Origin: an uncultured bacterium
GTDB lineage: Bacteria; Actinomycetota; Acidimicrobiia; Spongiisociales; UBA5794
Direction of reading: 5' to 3'
Assembly (NCBI GenBank): GCA_963844835.1
Contig: CAWJPT010000001.1
Coordinates: 8,072 to 72,071 of the forward strand
DNA: 64,000 bases
The number at the start of each line of letters is the position of its first letter. The stretch's first letter is position 1. The translations under genes and the position numbers were made by a program. The notes below the pieces were generated by a model. It worked only from the letters and a program-made list of their open reading frames with translations. It did not search any database and was not told where the DNA came from. This document shows, in pieces, positions 30,902-43,956 of the stretch.

Positions 30902-30990
30902 GCCGGGAGGACCCCGGCCGGCCGTTCTGCATCAGAGGCAAGGCGACGGTCACGGCTATCGTCGTCGGAAGGTGATCGAGAGGGGAGCCT

Positions 30991-31419
30991 ATGCGGACCT
31001 TGGGCAACATTCTCTGGCTGGTGCTCGGAGGCTTCTGGCTGGCAGTGGCCTATGTGATGGCAGGTCTTGTCAACGTCGTGCTCATCATCACCATCCCGTT
31101 CGGTGTGCAATCGTTCAAGCTGGCCGGCTATGCGCTGTGGCCGTTCGGGCGTGTCGTCGTCGACCGACCCGACCGCAGTGTCGGGCTGTCCACCTTGGGG
31201 AACGTCATTTGGCTGATCTTCGGTGGGCTCTGGCTCGCCCTCGCCCACGTATTCGTCGGTTTGGTGATGATGATCACCGTGGTCGGGTTCCCGCTCGGGG
31301 TGGCGAGCTTCAAGATGGCGGGGCTGGCGATCGCACCGTTCGGCAGGCAGATCGTGTCGCTGGAGCAGGCACGCCGGATGGGCGCACCGATCCTGATCGA
31401 CTTTCATACCGACGTGTGA
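30991..31419 (+). CDS. yccF: YccF-family inner-membrane protein (DUF307)
   Basis: MRTLGNILWLVLGGFWLAVAYVMAGLVNVVLIITIPFGVQSFKLAGYALWPFGR…, with the internal duplication LGNVIWLIFGGLWLALAHVFVGLVMMITVVGFPLG typical of YccF. Confidence 0.8.
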   Translation: MRTLGNILWLVLGGFWLAVAYVMAGLVNVVLIITIPFGVQSFKLAGYALWPFGRVVVDRPDRSVGLSTLGNVIWLIFGGLWLALAHVFVGLVMMITVVGFPLGVASFKMAGLAIAPFGRQIVSLEQARRMGAPILIDFHTDV

Positions 31420-31440
31420 CCTTCGTCGCTGGAGTTGTTC

Positions 31441-31929
31441 TCAGGCTCCGGGATGCCAGAATCCGGCGTGCACCGCGGCCGCCTCATCGACGAGAAGCGG
31501 GCCAACGACCTCAACCGCCCGCGTGCCCGAGTTCAGCACGATGCGTGCCGACAGCACCAGGGTGGGATTGCTGGGATCGTCCCCGGTCATGGCGGCGAGC
31601 GCCGTTTCCGGCAGGCCGTAGACAACGCGCGGGATCCCGGCCCAGTAGATGGCTCCCGAGCACATCGCACACGGCTCGGTGCTCGTGTACAAGGATGATT
31701 GCGCCAGCACCTCCTCCGGGAACCGACCCCAGGCCATGCGCACCAGGTTCGTTTCGGCGTGACCGGTGATGTCGTGGTCGGTCACCACCGTGTTCTCCGC
31801 CTCGGCGATCACGTCGCCTCGTTCGTTGGTGAGTAGGGCCCCAAAGGGATGGTTGCCCCTGCTGCGGGCGGATGCCGCCAGCGCAATAGCCCGGCGGATC
31901 AGCTCGAGATCGGTGTCGGATGTAGTCAT
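31441..31929 (-). CDS. CMP/dCMP-type zinc deaminase (nucleoside/tRNA-adenosine or guanine deaminase family)
   Basis: …RGNHPFGALLTNERGDVIAEAENTVVTDHDITGHAETNLVRMAW…TSTEPCAMCSGAIYWAGIPRVVYG gives the H-A-E zinc-ligand/proton-shuttle motif and PC..C motif. Confidence 0.75.
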   Translation of the reverse strand: MTTSDTDLELIRRAIALAASARSRGNHPFGALLTNERGDVIAEAENTVVTDHDITGHAETNLVRMAWGRFPEEVLAQSSLYTSTEPCAMCSGAIYWAGIPRVVYGLPETALAAMTGDDPSNPTLVLSARIVLNSGTRAVEVVGPLLVDEAAAVHAGFWHPGA

Positions 31930-32037
31930 ACGCTCAAGCTAGTGGAGCGTGCCGGTTCCAGTGCAGCTCTGGACCATTATCTTCAGAGGTACAGCCATCG
32001 CTGATGAAGGCGCCGACGAGGATCAGGAGTCGAACGA

Positions 32038-33037
<1,000 letters not shown>

Positions 33038-33039
33038 CC

Positions 33040-33674
<635 letters not shown>

Positions 33675-33678
<4 letters not shown>

Positions 33679-36099
33679 TGGTCGGTCTGGTCGTCGTCAG
33701 CCACAGTCGTGCCCTGGCCGAAGCCGCGGTCGACCTCGCTCTCGAAATGGTTCCCGGCCGGACCGTGGCGGTGGCCGTCGCCGCCGGTGTCGCCGATGGT
33801 GCGTTCGGCACAGATGCCGTCGCGGTGCAAGCAGCGATCGAGCAGGTCGACGATGGTGACGGAGTCGTCGTGCTGATGGATCTGGGGAGTGCCGTGCTCA
33901 GCAGCGAGCTGGCGCTCGAGCTGCTCGATGCCGATCTCCGAGAGCGTGTCCACCTCACTGCAGCTCCGCTGGTCGAAGGCCTGGTCGCCGCAGTCGTGCA
34001 GGCGGCCGCAGGAGCGACACCCGAGACCATCATCGCCGAAGCAACCGCCGGGCTCGCCGGCAAGGAGGCCCAACTCGGCACTGCCGCTACTCCCGACGAG
34101 ATCAGCCCGATCCCGGTGGGGGAGGAGCAAGCCACCTTCACCGTAACCCCCGAGCACGGGTTGCACGCCCGCCCGGCGGCGCGCCTCGTCGCCACGGCCG
34201 GCCGCTTCGACGCCACGGTTCGTCTCCGCAACCTCACCACCGGTACCGGTGACGTGCCTGCGACGAGCCTGAGCCGGGTCGCCGCCCTGGCCGCCCGACA
34301 GGGCCATCGAGCTCGAGGTGGCGGCTTCCGGTGCCCAAGCCAAGGAAGCCATCGACGCGATCGTGGCACTTGCCGAGAACGGCTTTGGGGACAAGACCGC
34401 GGTCGCGACGACGACGGTCGCCACCCCTTCAGGCCCGCTACCCGCTTCACCGGGGATCGGGATCGGGCCGAAATGGAGCATCGGGACCGGTGACATCGCC
34501 GTTCCCGCAACCACTGCCGCCACTCCCGACCAAGAGTGGCGATCGCTGCAGGCGGCAATCACCACGGTCACAGAAGACATCACCATGACCAGGGACCGGA
34601 TGCGCCGCAGAGGCGACGACCAGAACGCCGCCATCTTCGACGCCCACCTGCTGCTGCTCACCGACACCGAGATCCTGGCCGATGTCCGGGATCGCATCGG
34701 TCACGGCGCCGGTGGGGGAGCAGCTTGGGACGCTGTTTTGAGGCACGTCGAGGAGGAATGGGCCGAAAGTGACAACACATATCTGAATGCCAGAGCCACA
34801 GACGTCCGTTCCGTCCGCAACCAGGTGCTGCAGCGTCTGCTCGGCGTTGAGCACCAGATCATCTCGCAGCCGGGAATCCTGGTGGCAAGCGACCTCACTC
34901 CCAACGAGATCGCCCTTCTCGACACCGACGTGGTCGACGGAATTGTCACCGCGGCAGGGTCACCAACGTCACACACCGCCATTCTGGCCAGGGCTCTCGC
35001 CGTTCCCGCGGTGGTTGGCGCAGGACAGGATGTGTTGGATCTTCCCGACGGCACGAATCTCATCATCGATGGCTCCGACGGCACTCTGCTGGTGGAACCA
35101 AGTGCCGGGACTGTGCGCACCTACCAAGCTAGGGCCGACGAAATGGCCGATGCGGAGACGGCCGCGCTGAGGCGCGCTCAGCAACCTGCGGTCACCCGTG
35201 ACGGGCGTGTCGTAGAAGTCGCCGCAAACATCGGTGCGATCGGAGACGCCCCGCTCGCCGTCGCTGCGGGAGCAGACTCGGTTGGCGTGTTACGCACCGA
35301 GTTCCTGTTCCTCGACCGGAGCAAGCCACCCACGATTGCCGAACAGGAAGACGATTATCGGGCCATCGCAGTCGGGTTGGAGGGACGCCAGCTCACCATC
35401 CGCACCCTCGACGTCGGCGGCGACAAGTCCATCGAATACCTGGCCTTGCCGCATGAAGCCAATCCTTTTCTCGGCCTCCGCGGTATCCGTGTAGGTCTGG
35501 GCTACCCGGAGTTGCTCCGCGACCAGCTCACCGCCGCGATCAGGGTCGCCAAGGATCACCCCGTCTCAGTCCTATTTCCCATGGTCACTGCAGTAGCCGA
35601 GCTCGACCAGGCACTGGAGATGCTCGATCAGGTCTGCGACGAGCAGGGGGGCCGTCCCCCCGATCTCGAGGTGGGGATGATGGTGGAAGTGCCGGCCGTC
35701 GCCACCAACGCTGCAGCCTTCGCATCGCGCGTCGACCTGCTCAGCATCGGTACGAACGACCTGACCCAATACGCCCTGGCGGCCGAACGTGGCAACCAGA
35801 CGGTGGCTCACCTTGCCGATACGCTCGACCCCGGTGTGCTCCGGCTGATTCAGAGCGTTGTTGTCGGCAGTGGTGGCTGCAGGGTGGCGGTGTGCGGTGA
35901 GATCGCAGCCGACCTCACCGCAGTGCCGATCCTCATCGGCCTCGGTGTCGGTGAGCTGAGTGTCGCCCCATATGCGGTCCCCAGGGTCAAGGATGAGATC
36001 CGCCGCTGGTCGTACTCTGAGTCCGCGGCTCTGGCCAGAGATGCCGTCGCCCTCGAATCCGGCCCTGCGGTACGAGCCCTGGTGGAGCAACGCCGCTGA
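33675..36099 (+). CDS. dhaM: DhaM-type PTS phosphotransfer protein: EIIA(Man-type), HPr and full enzyme I (PEP-utilising) fusion; 1 frame disruption near 34300
   Basis: EIIA-Man-like MVGLVVVSHSRALAEAAVDLALEMV…. HPr domain TFTVTPEHGLHARPAARLVATAGRFDATVRLRNL (active-site His motif). EI domain in ORF 34318..36099 (…GSPTSHTAILARALAVPAVVGAG…RTLDVGGDK…IGTNDLTQY…). The frame switches inside the HPr C-terminus. Confidence 0.75.
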
Positions 36100-36132
36100 G
36101 ACGTCTCGACTCTGCCGGCACCTCGAGCCTCG

Positions 36133-37218
36133 TCAACCGACGATGGTGCGCACGGGAGAGTCGTCGGGGACCGGATCTGGCTCAGCCAATTGATCGGTGC
36201 TGCATGACTCCGGTTCGCGGTCGGGACGCCAGCGCAGCATCTTGGTGGTGCCGCGGAACCGGCCCGCCGTCGTCCACGTGTACTGCACCTCGACCACTCG
36301 CTCCGGACGGACCGGGATCCACGAATGGTCACGGCCCGATGCGCCGCTCCAACGATTGGGCGCGCCCGGCATGGAGCCGTCGGCGTTTGCCTCGGCGTCC
36401 ATCCAGCCCGCCCAGGGATGCCCGGTGATGTCTTCGAGGACGAGAGGCTCCATCTCGGCGACCAGCTCCTTGCGCTTCTTTGCGGTGAAGCTGGCGGCGA
36501 CGCCGACATGCCACAGCTGGCCGTCGGGTGCATACAACCCGAGGATCAGCGAACCGATCCCGTCCCCCGACTTGTGGATCCGGTAGCCGGCAACGACACA
36601 ATCGGCGGTGCGGACGTGCTTGAGCTTGAACTGGACACGCTTGTCGAAGACATAGCGATCGCCACGAGGCTTGATGATGAGCCCGTCCAGCCCGGCACCC
36701 TCTGTGGTATTGAACCACTGCATCGCCAGTTCCGGGTCGCCGGTAGCGGGGGCTAGATGCACCGGCGGCCGGAACCCGGTGGCGATTCCTTCGAGTGCCG
36801 CCCGCCGCTCCCCGAACGGGCGGTCCACATACGCTTCGTCGCCGAGGGCGAGCAGATCGAACGCCACGAACCCGGCCGGGGTCTCTGCAGCCAGCATGTT
36901 CACCCGGGACTCGGCGGGATGGATCCGCTGGCCGAGCGCATCGAAGTCGAGCCGTCCATCGACGCTGACGAACAGCTCTCCATCCACGACACACCGGTCC
37001 GGCAGGCTATCCCGCAGCACCGGCTCCATCTCCGGGAAGTAGCGATTGAGTGGCTTCTCGTTGCGGGAGCCGAGCACGATCTCGTCCCCGTCACGAAACA
37101 CGATGCAGCGAAAGCCGTCCCACTTCATCTCGTATGACACGTCACCGAGGGGGAGCTTCGCCACCGGTTTGGCGAGCATCGGCTTGATCGGCGGGTTCAC
37201 AGGCAGGTCCATAGTCAT
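36133..37218 (-). CDS. ATP-dependent DNA ligase (LigC/LigB-type)
   Basis: Intact 361-aa ORF. EMKWDGFRCIVFRDGDEIVLGSRNEKPL (motif I KxDG), …FDLLALGDE…, …LDGLIIKPRGDRY… Adenylation and OB-fold domains only. Confidence 0.85.
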   Translation of the reverse strand: MTMDLPVNPPIKPMLAKPVAKLPLGDVSYEMKWDGFRCIVFRDGDEIVLGSRNEKPLNRYFPEMEPVLRDSLPDRCVVDGELFVSVDGRLDFDALGQRIHPAESRVNMLAAETPAGFVAFDLLALGDEAYVDRPFGERRAALEGIATGFRPPVHLAPATGDPELAMQWFNTTEGAGLDGLIIKPRGDRYVFDKRVQFKLKHVRTADCVVAGYRIHKSGDGIGSLILGLYAPDGQLWHVGVAASFTAKKRKELVAEMEPLVLEDITGHPWAGWMDAEANADGSMPGAPNRWSGASGRDHSWIPVRPERVVEVQYTWTTAGRFRGTTKMLRWRPDREPESCSTDQLAEPDPVPDDSPVRTIVG

Positions 37219-37327
37219 TGAGGTTATCGTCCCGCCCCGATCGGTGGGATGGGAGTACCGGGAACAGAAGTGGGGAGGGGCCGTTGCCGGGCCCTCCCCA
37301 CTCGATGTTCATTGATCTGACGGTCGG

Positions 37328-38608
37328 CTAGCCAAGTGAGGCAATCCAACCTTCCAGGGCCGATTTCGTGATCCCGAAGCGGATGTGGCCGTTGCCGAGC
37401 CCGGCCGCGTCGATGATCTGGGCTCCCGAGCAGCCGGCAGTGTCGACGATGGTGACGCCTGCCTGCCTGCCGTTCGGGTCGACAAAGTTGCCGGTTTCGT
37501 CTGCGATGTAGTGATTCTGCTTCCAGCCAACCGGAGGTGTCTCAGGGAGCGCCGTGGCCGGACAGAGGTCGACCGTGTCGGGCACACCGTCGCTGTCGGT
37601 GTCGACGGGTACGCAGTCCGACGGCGAGGCAGACCCGATTCCGTTGGTGGTGGTGTCGGCCGGGCATTGCGTGGCCGCAACCGCCCCGGTGAAATCGACG
37701 TAGTAGCCGATTGGGGCCAGGGTGCACGAGACGGAGCCCGCCACATCGCTGTAGGTCCCGAGCGGGCACGGTGTCGCCTGGACGGCGCCTTCGAAGTCGA
37801 CGTAGGTTCCTGGTGGGGCCGGGGTGCATGACACTGATCCTGCGGTGTCGCTGAATGTCCCTACCGGGCAAGGCGTTGCCGTCAGCTGCCCTGACGTCGC
37901 CACATAGGTGCCCGGCGCAGCCGGGGTGCAGTCGAACGCCCCGTAGTAGCCGACGGGGCAGTCCACGGCGCGGGTCGGGTCGTTCGGGTAGGCGTCGACG
38001 AGGTCGGGGACACCATCGCCATCGCTGTCAGGTCCGCTCTCGATGGTCACCGAGAATGTCAGGTCGAAGTTGCCGGCCACGCATCGTACGGCGGCTGCGC
38101 AATCGTTCCAGCTCTCCCATTCGGAGGCGTTGAACCGCCAGAGCTCGCCTCCCGGGTAAGGATCGGCGCCGGTCGTCGAGTATGCGCTGCTCGTCTGAAC
38201 ACCGGTCGGATAGAGCGTGTACGTCGAGCCCGCCGTCACCGCTATCGGTGTGTCCAGCGCCACCGTCTGGAGGGTGAAGTCAGATCCATTCCACGTGACC
38301 GGCTGCGATCCGAGCACCGTGCCGGGGCCGGCGCCGTCGTAGATCACCACGGAACCGGCGTTGCCGGAGTCGTAGGTCTTTCCGATGGCCACCTCGGTGA
38401 TGAAACCGGATTGAGTCGGAGTGAAGGTCTGCATGAACGCATCCGGTGCGTTGTTGGTCTGTGCAGCAGTTTGGCTGATGACCTCGACAACCGCGGCGGC
38501 TGCTGTGCCCACGAGGGACATGATCATCAAGAGCGCCATCGTCAAGACCAGAGCTCCGCGACGTGCCGAGGCGCGCCCGCGTCGACTCTCGTTGTTCTTG
38601 GAATTCAA
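37328..38608 (-). CDS. Secreted repeat protein with thrombospondin-type-3-like Ca-binding motifs and six CP(x)GT(Y/F) repeats
   Basis: Signal MNSKNNESRRGRASARRGALVLTMALLMIMSLVGTAAAA. DSDGDGVPDLVDAYPNDP and DTDSDGVPDTVDLCP (DxDxDGxxD). Repeated …TPCPVGTFSDTAGSVSCTPAPPGTYVDFEGAVQATPCPLGTYSDVAGSVSCTLAPIGYYVDFTGAV…. Confidence 0.6.
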   Translation of the reverse strand: MNSKNNESRRGRASARRGALVLTMALLMIMSLVGTAAAAVVEVISQTAAQTNNAPDAFMQTFTPTQSGFITEVAIGKTYDSGNAGSVVIYDGAGPGTVLGSQPVTWNGSDFTLQTVALDTPIAVTAGSTYTLYPTGVQTSSAYSTTGADPYPGGELWRFNASEWESWNDCAAAVRCVAGNFDLTFSVTIESGPDSDGDGVPDLVDAYPNDPTRAVDCPVGYYGAFDCTPAAPGTYVATSGQLTATPCPVGTFSDTAGSVSCTPAPPGTYVDFEGAVQATPCPLGTYSDVAGSVSCTLAPIGYYVDFTGAVAATQCPADTTTNGIGSASPSDCVPVDTDSDGVPDTVDLCPATALPETPPVGWKQNHYIADETGNFVDPNGRQAGVTIVDTAGCSGAQIIDAAGLGNGHIRFGITKSALEGWIASLG

Positions 38609-38709
38609 CTTCTCGAATCCTCCTTGTGATTGGATGCCCCGTGCTACGGAGTCATGCGATCACGATGCCCGGCGAGCGTTTGTGCATCGTTTGTGCATCC
38701 GGTCGCTGC

Positions 38710-41700
38710 TCAGCAGGCTCGGTTCAACACCACCAGGCAATCCGGGAGGCTCAGGAATGTCTCCCTCAGGTGGGGATCGGCGATCTCAGACAGCACTCTG
38801 CGGATGGTCACCCCGGCAAGCTCGACCACGTCGGCTGCTAGTCGTTCCTCACCCAGGGCTTCGAAAACGTAGAGGCAGTCGACCATCGATTCGATGGGGT
38901 AGGGCAGACCACTCGCCTCGACCTGTTCGATATTGCGCCACACACGCCGTGCCACTCGCTCTGCCTGATCTTCGTGTCCCTGGCCGAGTATCGCCCGCGC
39001 CCTCGTCGCCTCGACCGTGGTCAAGAAGTGCTCCCCGCCGATGCTCTCCCAAACACTGTGGCCCTCGTCCAGCGCGGCCTGTGCCTGTATATGCTTCCCG
39101 CTCTCGACCAGAAACCGACCCCACTCGGGCAGCTTGAGACGCAGACCCAGCGAGAACCCATACCTCCTGATCCCGGCGATGCCCGAAGTGAACAGCTCCT
39201 CTGCGGTGGCACGGTCACCCGCGCCGGCCTTCACTTCGGCGAGTTGGCACTCGAGATATGGGAGCTGCACCGAGTCTCCGAGGTTGTGGGCCATCGCCAG
39301 GGCTTGCAGCGTATGCGACTCGGCTTTGGACCAATCACCTACCAGCACATAGGAGGCTCCGACATTGCCGGCACTGTGCGCCGCCCGGGAATGGTTGCCG
39401 AGGGCGTCGAACGCCTCGAGAGCCTCGACGTCCCATTCGAGCGCAGGGCCCACCCGGTACTGCTCGGCATACGCCATCGCCATCCGGCTTGCCGCCTCGG
39501 CCGCCCCCGCCATGTTCCCTGTCTGGCGGAACCTCTCTGCGGCGGGGTCGAGCAGAGCGAGGGCGGCGTCGAATCGACCGCTCGTCGTCTCGGTCTTTGC
39601 AGCAGCTACCCGGACGAACGCCTCCAGATCCGGGTCGTCGAGACCGTCGAGCAGGTGCAGGGCATCGACGAAGATCTCCCGGGATCGATCAATGTCACCT
39701 GCCTGCTCCGCCAGTGCCTGACCGAACCCGGATGCCAGCATCACCCGGGAGCGGCGTTCCTCGATCGTATCGCCCGGCACCCGCGCCATACCGCGTTGAT
39801 AGCGGCTGCTCACAGATGTCGATAGGGGTCTCATGCCATGCCAATGCCAGCTGATACGCCGACAGCCTGTGCGGCCAGCACCGGGTCGGTGGCGTCGGCG
39901 GCCCACTCGAACAGATCGACCCCTGCCGCCATTCTCCCCGCGGATTGGCACAGCCGGTACAGGCCATTGGCGGCGCGTACCAGCCACCGGTGGTCACCGA
40001 GCGCCACGGAGTGCAGCCATGCCGCGTCGATGTTGTCGATGTCGGCGATGAGCCGTTCGGTTGTCTCTCGGGCATTGGCTCCTGTGAGCGCAGCTCTCCG
40101 CATCGACCAGTACGGACAGGAAGTGTCGGGCATGGTCTCCGCAATGCCTTCTTCCGGTCCCCGGGCTTCCTGGCTCAGCTTCCCGGCCGCAAACTGACGG
40201 ATCAACTCGTGGATCTCGAATCTGCCGTCTGCCCGCCGCGACAGCAACGTACGGCCCACCAACCGTTGCAGTGCCGCCGGGCTTGCTCCGGCGACGGCCA
40301 TGGCCGCAGCCCGGTCGAATCCGCCGCGAAACACGCTCAGTCGGGCCATCAGCTGCCGGTCGTTGTCGTCGAGGCGAGCCCACGAATGCTCCAGCACCGA
40401 AGCCATGCTTCGTTGCCGATCGGGCACATCTCGCAGATCCGTGGCAAGGATCTCGATGCTCTCCCGCAACGCATCCCGGATCTCTGCGGTGTTGTGGCTC
40501 GGCGACGAGGCGCGCCGCCAGCTCTATCGCCAGCGGCATGCCGCCAACCATGTGGCAGATCTCAGTCGACCGTGGCGTCAGGTGCGAATGATCGCGATCA
40601 CCCGGCGGGCTCGATCGACGAACAGCTCGACTGCCGGGGAGGCCGCTGTCCGGATCGGCGCAGTCGACGGCGAGGCCGCCCAGCAGGAACACTTCCTCGC
40701 TCGTCACGTTCAGCACGACCCGGCTCGTCACCAGCAGCCGGATACGCGGGCAGGCCGACAGCAGCGCCGAGGCGGCGTCCGCCACCGCTTCCGCCACCTG
40801 CTCGGCGTTGTCGATGACGATCAACATCTCCCGCCCGGCGAGCCGCTCCGCGATCTGACCCACCGGGTCACGATCGGTCACCAGGATCATCCCGCACGCC
40901 GCGGCCAGCTCATGAGCGACGCGGTCCGGGTCGGTGGTGCCCTCCAGTGCCACCACGGTCACATCTCGATGCCCCACGAGTCACGGATCCGGTCCGCCAC
41001 CGCCGCGGCCAGCCTTGTTTTGCCGATACCACCCGGCCCGACGATCGAGACAGCCGGGTGCTGCCGTCGCCGAGGGCGTCGGTGAGCTCGTCCAGCTCCG
41101 ACTCCCGGCCGAAAAGTAGTGTGGGGGGGACCGGGAGAGTCGTGGTCGTGGGGTCTCGGTCTCGCCGGTGGGGCCGCCGCTTCGATCTCTGCGCAGCAGT
41201 GCCTGCGTCTCGGCGGAGGGCTCGACACCGAGCTCGTCACGGAGGATGCCGGCACACCGGTCGTACTGGTCTATCGCCTCCGGGACTCGATCGTCTGCTG
41301 CCAGTAGCCGCATAACGAGCCGATGACCGATCTCGTTCCACGGTTCGAGGTCGAGGATGCGGTGACCAAAGATCAGCCCGGCAGCGATATCGCCCTCTTC
41401 CAGCGCCCGATTCGCCGCAGTCTCAAACACCGAGATTGCCACCATCGCATGCGCTGAGCGGACGCGCTGCGCCCACTCTTCGAACAGTTGCGCATCGGGC
41501 ACGTCGAGCCCGGCAAGGAAATCCCCCCGGTAGCCCTCCGGCCGGATCGGCTTCGTATCGATGGTGTATGGCCCGGTGATCCCTACCTGGTCGCCGTCGA
41601 CGAGGAGATGATCCGGCACAACCTTGCGCAGCGCCGTCAGCGTCTGTCTCAAATTGTTGCGGGCCGACGCTTCGTCACGGTCGGTCCACAGCAAGCCTGC

Positions 41701-41855
41701 CAACTCCGAGCGGCGATGCAGATGGCCGGTCTCGGCCAGATAGATGAGGAGGGCGATCGCCTTGGTGGAGCGGAGCTCGGAGATTCTCTGCCATCGCGCC
41801 AGAGCGAGACTTCGCCGAGTGTCCGTATCGAGAGTCCTGGGGAGAGAGCATCATC
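38710..41855 (-). CDS. AfsR/SARP-type STAND transcriptional regulator (OmpR-like winged helix, BTAD, NB-ARC ATPase, TPR); at least 5 frame disruptions
   Basis: N-terminus MDDALSPGLSIRTLGEVSLWRDG (ORF 41649..41930). BTAD …GHRLVMRLLAADDRVPEAIDQYDRCAGILRDELGVEPSAETQALL (ORF 40981..41703). P-loop IVGPGGIGKTRLAAAVADR (ORF 40959..41255). NB-ARC/helical part in ORFs 39994..40977 and 39831..40469. TPR-like C-terminus in ORF 38710..39987. Confidence 0.65.
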
Positions 41856-41963
41856 CATCTCGAGCGAGAGTACCGCGCAGCGGCCGGGGAGTGGAACAAA
41901 CTGTATCGATGCGCTTGATCGCACAAACACTGCGCAAACGGTCGGCGGCTACGTTGGAAGCAT

Positions 41964-42312
41964 GGATCAACCCGACTCGACAGTGGGCCGCAGCGACTCT
42001 TCACCGCCGGCCGCCATCTTCGCCACCAGGAATCCTGACGCCACAATGCACCTCGCCTCGCTGGCATGGAAGCCGCTACCCGACGGTACGCTGCTCCTGG
42101 AGAGCCGGGAGAACTCGACCACGGTCGATAACTTGCGACGTGACTCGTTTTGTTGGGTCGTGCTCCACCGGGGCCGGCTTCCGGCAGAGAGTCCCGACGA
42201 CCAGACCGAAGTTCATTTGGTGGGAAAAGGCTTTCTCGAGCCCACCGATGACTGCGGGCTCGGCGGCAGCGAGGTCATCCGTTTCTTGCCTGATCCCAGG
42301 AAGTCCATATGA
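41964..42312 (+). CDS. Hypothetical protein (weak)
   Basis: MDQPDSTVGRSDSSPPAAIFATRNPDATMHLASLAWKPLPDGTLLLESRENSTTVDNLRRDSFCWVVLHRGRLPAESPDDQTEVHLVGKGFLEPTDDCGLGGSEVIRFLPDPRKSI*. The longer ORF 41488..42312 overlaps the SARP gene antisense and is not credible upstream of about 41950. Confidence 0.25.
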
Positions 42313-42428
42313 TCGAGCATCTGATTTAGCAAGAAACATACAATACGGCGTGTGGACCGGAACGGGGGATGCCGCGTTGAGTGGATGTTTGAGGCTGCGG
42401 GCGGCCATCAGCGATCAGGGGAGGCACT

Positions 42429-43232
42429 ATGACGGTGATCGGTTGTGCTCGAGAGTACCGGCCATGGGCACTGCGCGTGGCGTTATGTACCGACCGTCTG
42501 GTCACATGGGGGATGGAGCCTGTGGCCAGACGCGAGCTACTTGCTGAACAGGTCGCCGACTGGGATTCAATGGCGTACGACGCATCGCAGTCGAGCAGTG
42601 GGAAGGTGCTGTTTCGGTTGATGCGAGGCCTGCCTTCCGCTCTCTGGTGGCGGATCTCTGGAAGTGATATCACGGCCTTGCCGGTGGCCATCGCTATCGC
42701 GTTTGTCGCGGCGCTCTCATTGATCGCCGTGACGGCGACATCGGAATACCCGCCCGATCACAGGTTGAGCCTGTTTGTTCTCGGCGGGGGCCTTGCTGTT
42801 GCGGCTCACCGCCTCATCCTGCGCCCGAGGTCTCTGGTAGCGGCTCAATTTCGAATTGCCAGCCTGCTGGTCGGCATCGGCGGGGTTGCCACGTCCCTGA
42901 CCCTGCCGACACTCAATGACCGAAGCTATGACATAGCCATGCATTCGGTGCCGGCCATCCACTATGTCATCAAGGCAGCGATTCTGATGGTCAGTATCGG
43001 GTTCCTGGGTGTGTTCGTAGCATCGCTGTTGAAGAACCGCCGCCGCGCAGTTCTCAGAGCAGGTGTGCTCGTTGTCGGTGGCAGTGTCATGCTGGCAGCA
43101 TCCGAATTGGCATGGGGCATCCTCATTTCAGCGACTGATCTGTTCCTCATGGCCATGGGCCTCCTTTACTCCTTTGGGGCAGCATTCTTCGTGCACATGG
43201 TCTTGCGCTTGAGGCATCTCGACATCAATTAG
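42429..43232 (+). CDS. Hypothetical integral membrane protein
   Basis: Intact 267-aa ORF with 6 or more hydrophobic segments (…ITALPVAIAIAFVAALSLIAVTATS…, …LLVGIGGVATSLTLPTL…, …VIKAAILMVSIGFLGVFVASLL…). AT-richer promoter-like stretch at 42313-42428. Confidence 0.5.
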   Translation: MTVIGCAREYRPWALRVALCTDRLVTWGMEPVARRELLAEQVADWDSMAYDASQSSSGKVLFRLMRGLPSALWWRISGSDITALPVAIAIAFVAALSLIAVTATSEYPPDHRLSLFVLGGGLAVAAHRLILRPRSLVAAQFRIASLLVGIGGVATSLTLPTLNDRSYDIAMHSVPAIHYVIKAAILMVSIGFLGVFVASLLKNRRRAVLRAGVLVVGGSVMLAASELAWGILISATDLFLMAMGLLYSFGAAFFVHMVLRLRHLDIN

Positions 43233-43291
43233 CGATACGCCGATCGGTCATCTCGAGGGGGTACGCTTCATGCGATCGTGACACGCAAGGA

Positions 43292-43828
43292 GTGGGTGCA
43301 ATCGGACTGCAGCATGCAATCGGCTACGTGGGGCCTCGGATGAGCCCGCTGCAGTCCGGCATCCTCCGGATCACGGGAACCCGCCTGGGGTCTTGGGTCA
43401 TGTCCAAGACGATCAACCGGGTCGACGCTGCGGTGTATCGCATGTCGCGCGGCAAGTACACGGTATCGGCCGCCATCGCCGGGGTGCCGCTCATCATGCT
43501 CACGACCATCGGTGCCAGGAGCGGTGAGGAACGGACTACACCGCTGGTGGCGATCCCAAGCGGTGATGATCTCGCCGTCATCGGTAGCAATTTCGGCCGG
43601 TTGAAACAGCCCGGCTGGGTGTACAACCTGCGCGCCAACCCACGGGCGACCGTCACCTACCGGGACCGGACCGTGCCGGTGGTTGCTCGTCCCGCCCACG
43701 CCACGGAGTACGAGCGAGTCTTTGCCACCGGCAACGGCATCACATCCTCCTCATTCGATGCCTACCGTGGTCGCGCCGGGGGACGGCAGTTCGATGTCTT
43801 CGTATTGGAGTCGGCCGACCACGCATAG
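43292..43828 (+). CDS. Deazaflavin (F420)-dependent nitroreductase-family protein (Ddn/PNPOx-like split-barrel, DUF385)
   Basis: …MSKTINRVDAAVYRMSRGKYTVSAAIAGVPLIMLTTIGARSGEERTTPLVAIPSGDDLAVIGSNFGRLKQPGWVYNLRANPRATVTYRDR… matches the family pattern (…VLLLTT.GRKSG..R.TPL.Y..DGD..VV.GS.GG….P.WY.NL.ANP.V.V). True start may be the internal ATG at about 43400. Confidence 0.7.
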   Translation: MGAIGLQHAIGYVGPRMSPLQSGILRITGTRLGSWVMSKTINRVDAAVYRMSRGKYTVSAAIAGVPLIMLTTIGARSGEERTTPLVAIPSGDDLAVIGSNFGRLKQPGWVYNLRANPRATVTYRDRTVPVVARPAHATEYERVFATGNGITSSSFDAYRGRAGGRQFDVFVLESADHA

Positions 43829-43956
43829 TGGGCTGGTGACCATTTGATCGCGAATGCAACGGGAGTCTCGGTCAGATTTGGGACTTTTCTCACCTACAAA
43901 ACCTCGTGCACCGGATGCACTATCGGGATGGAAGACACCCGGGTGAGGAGTGAGTC

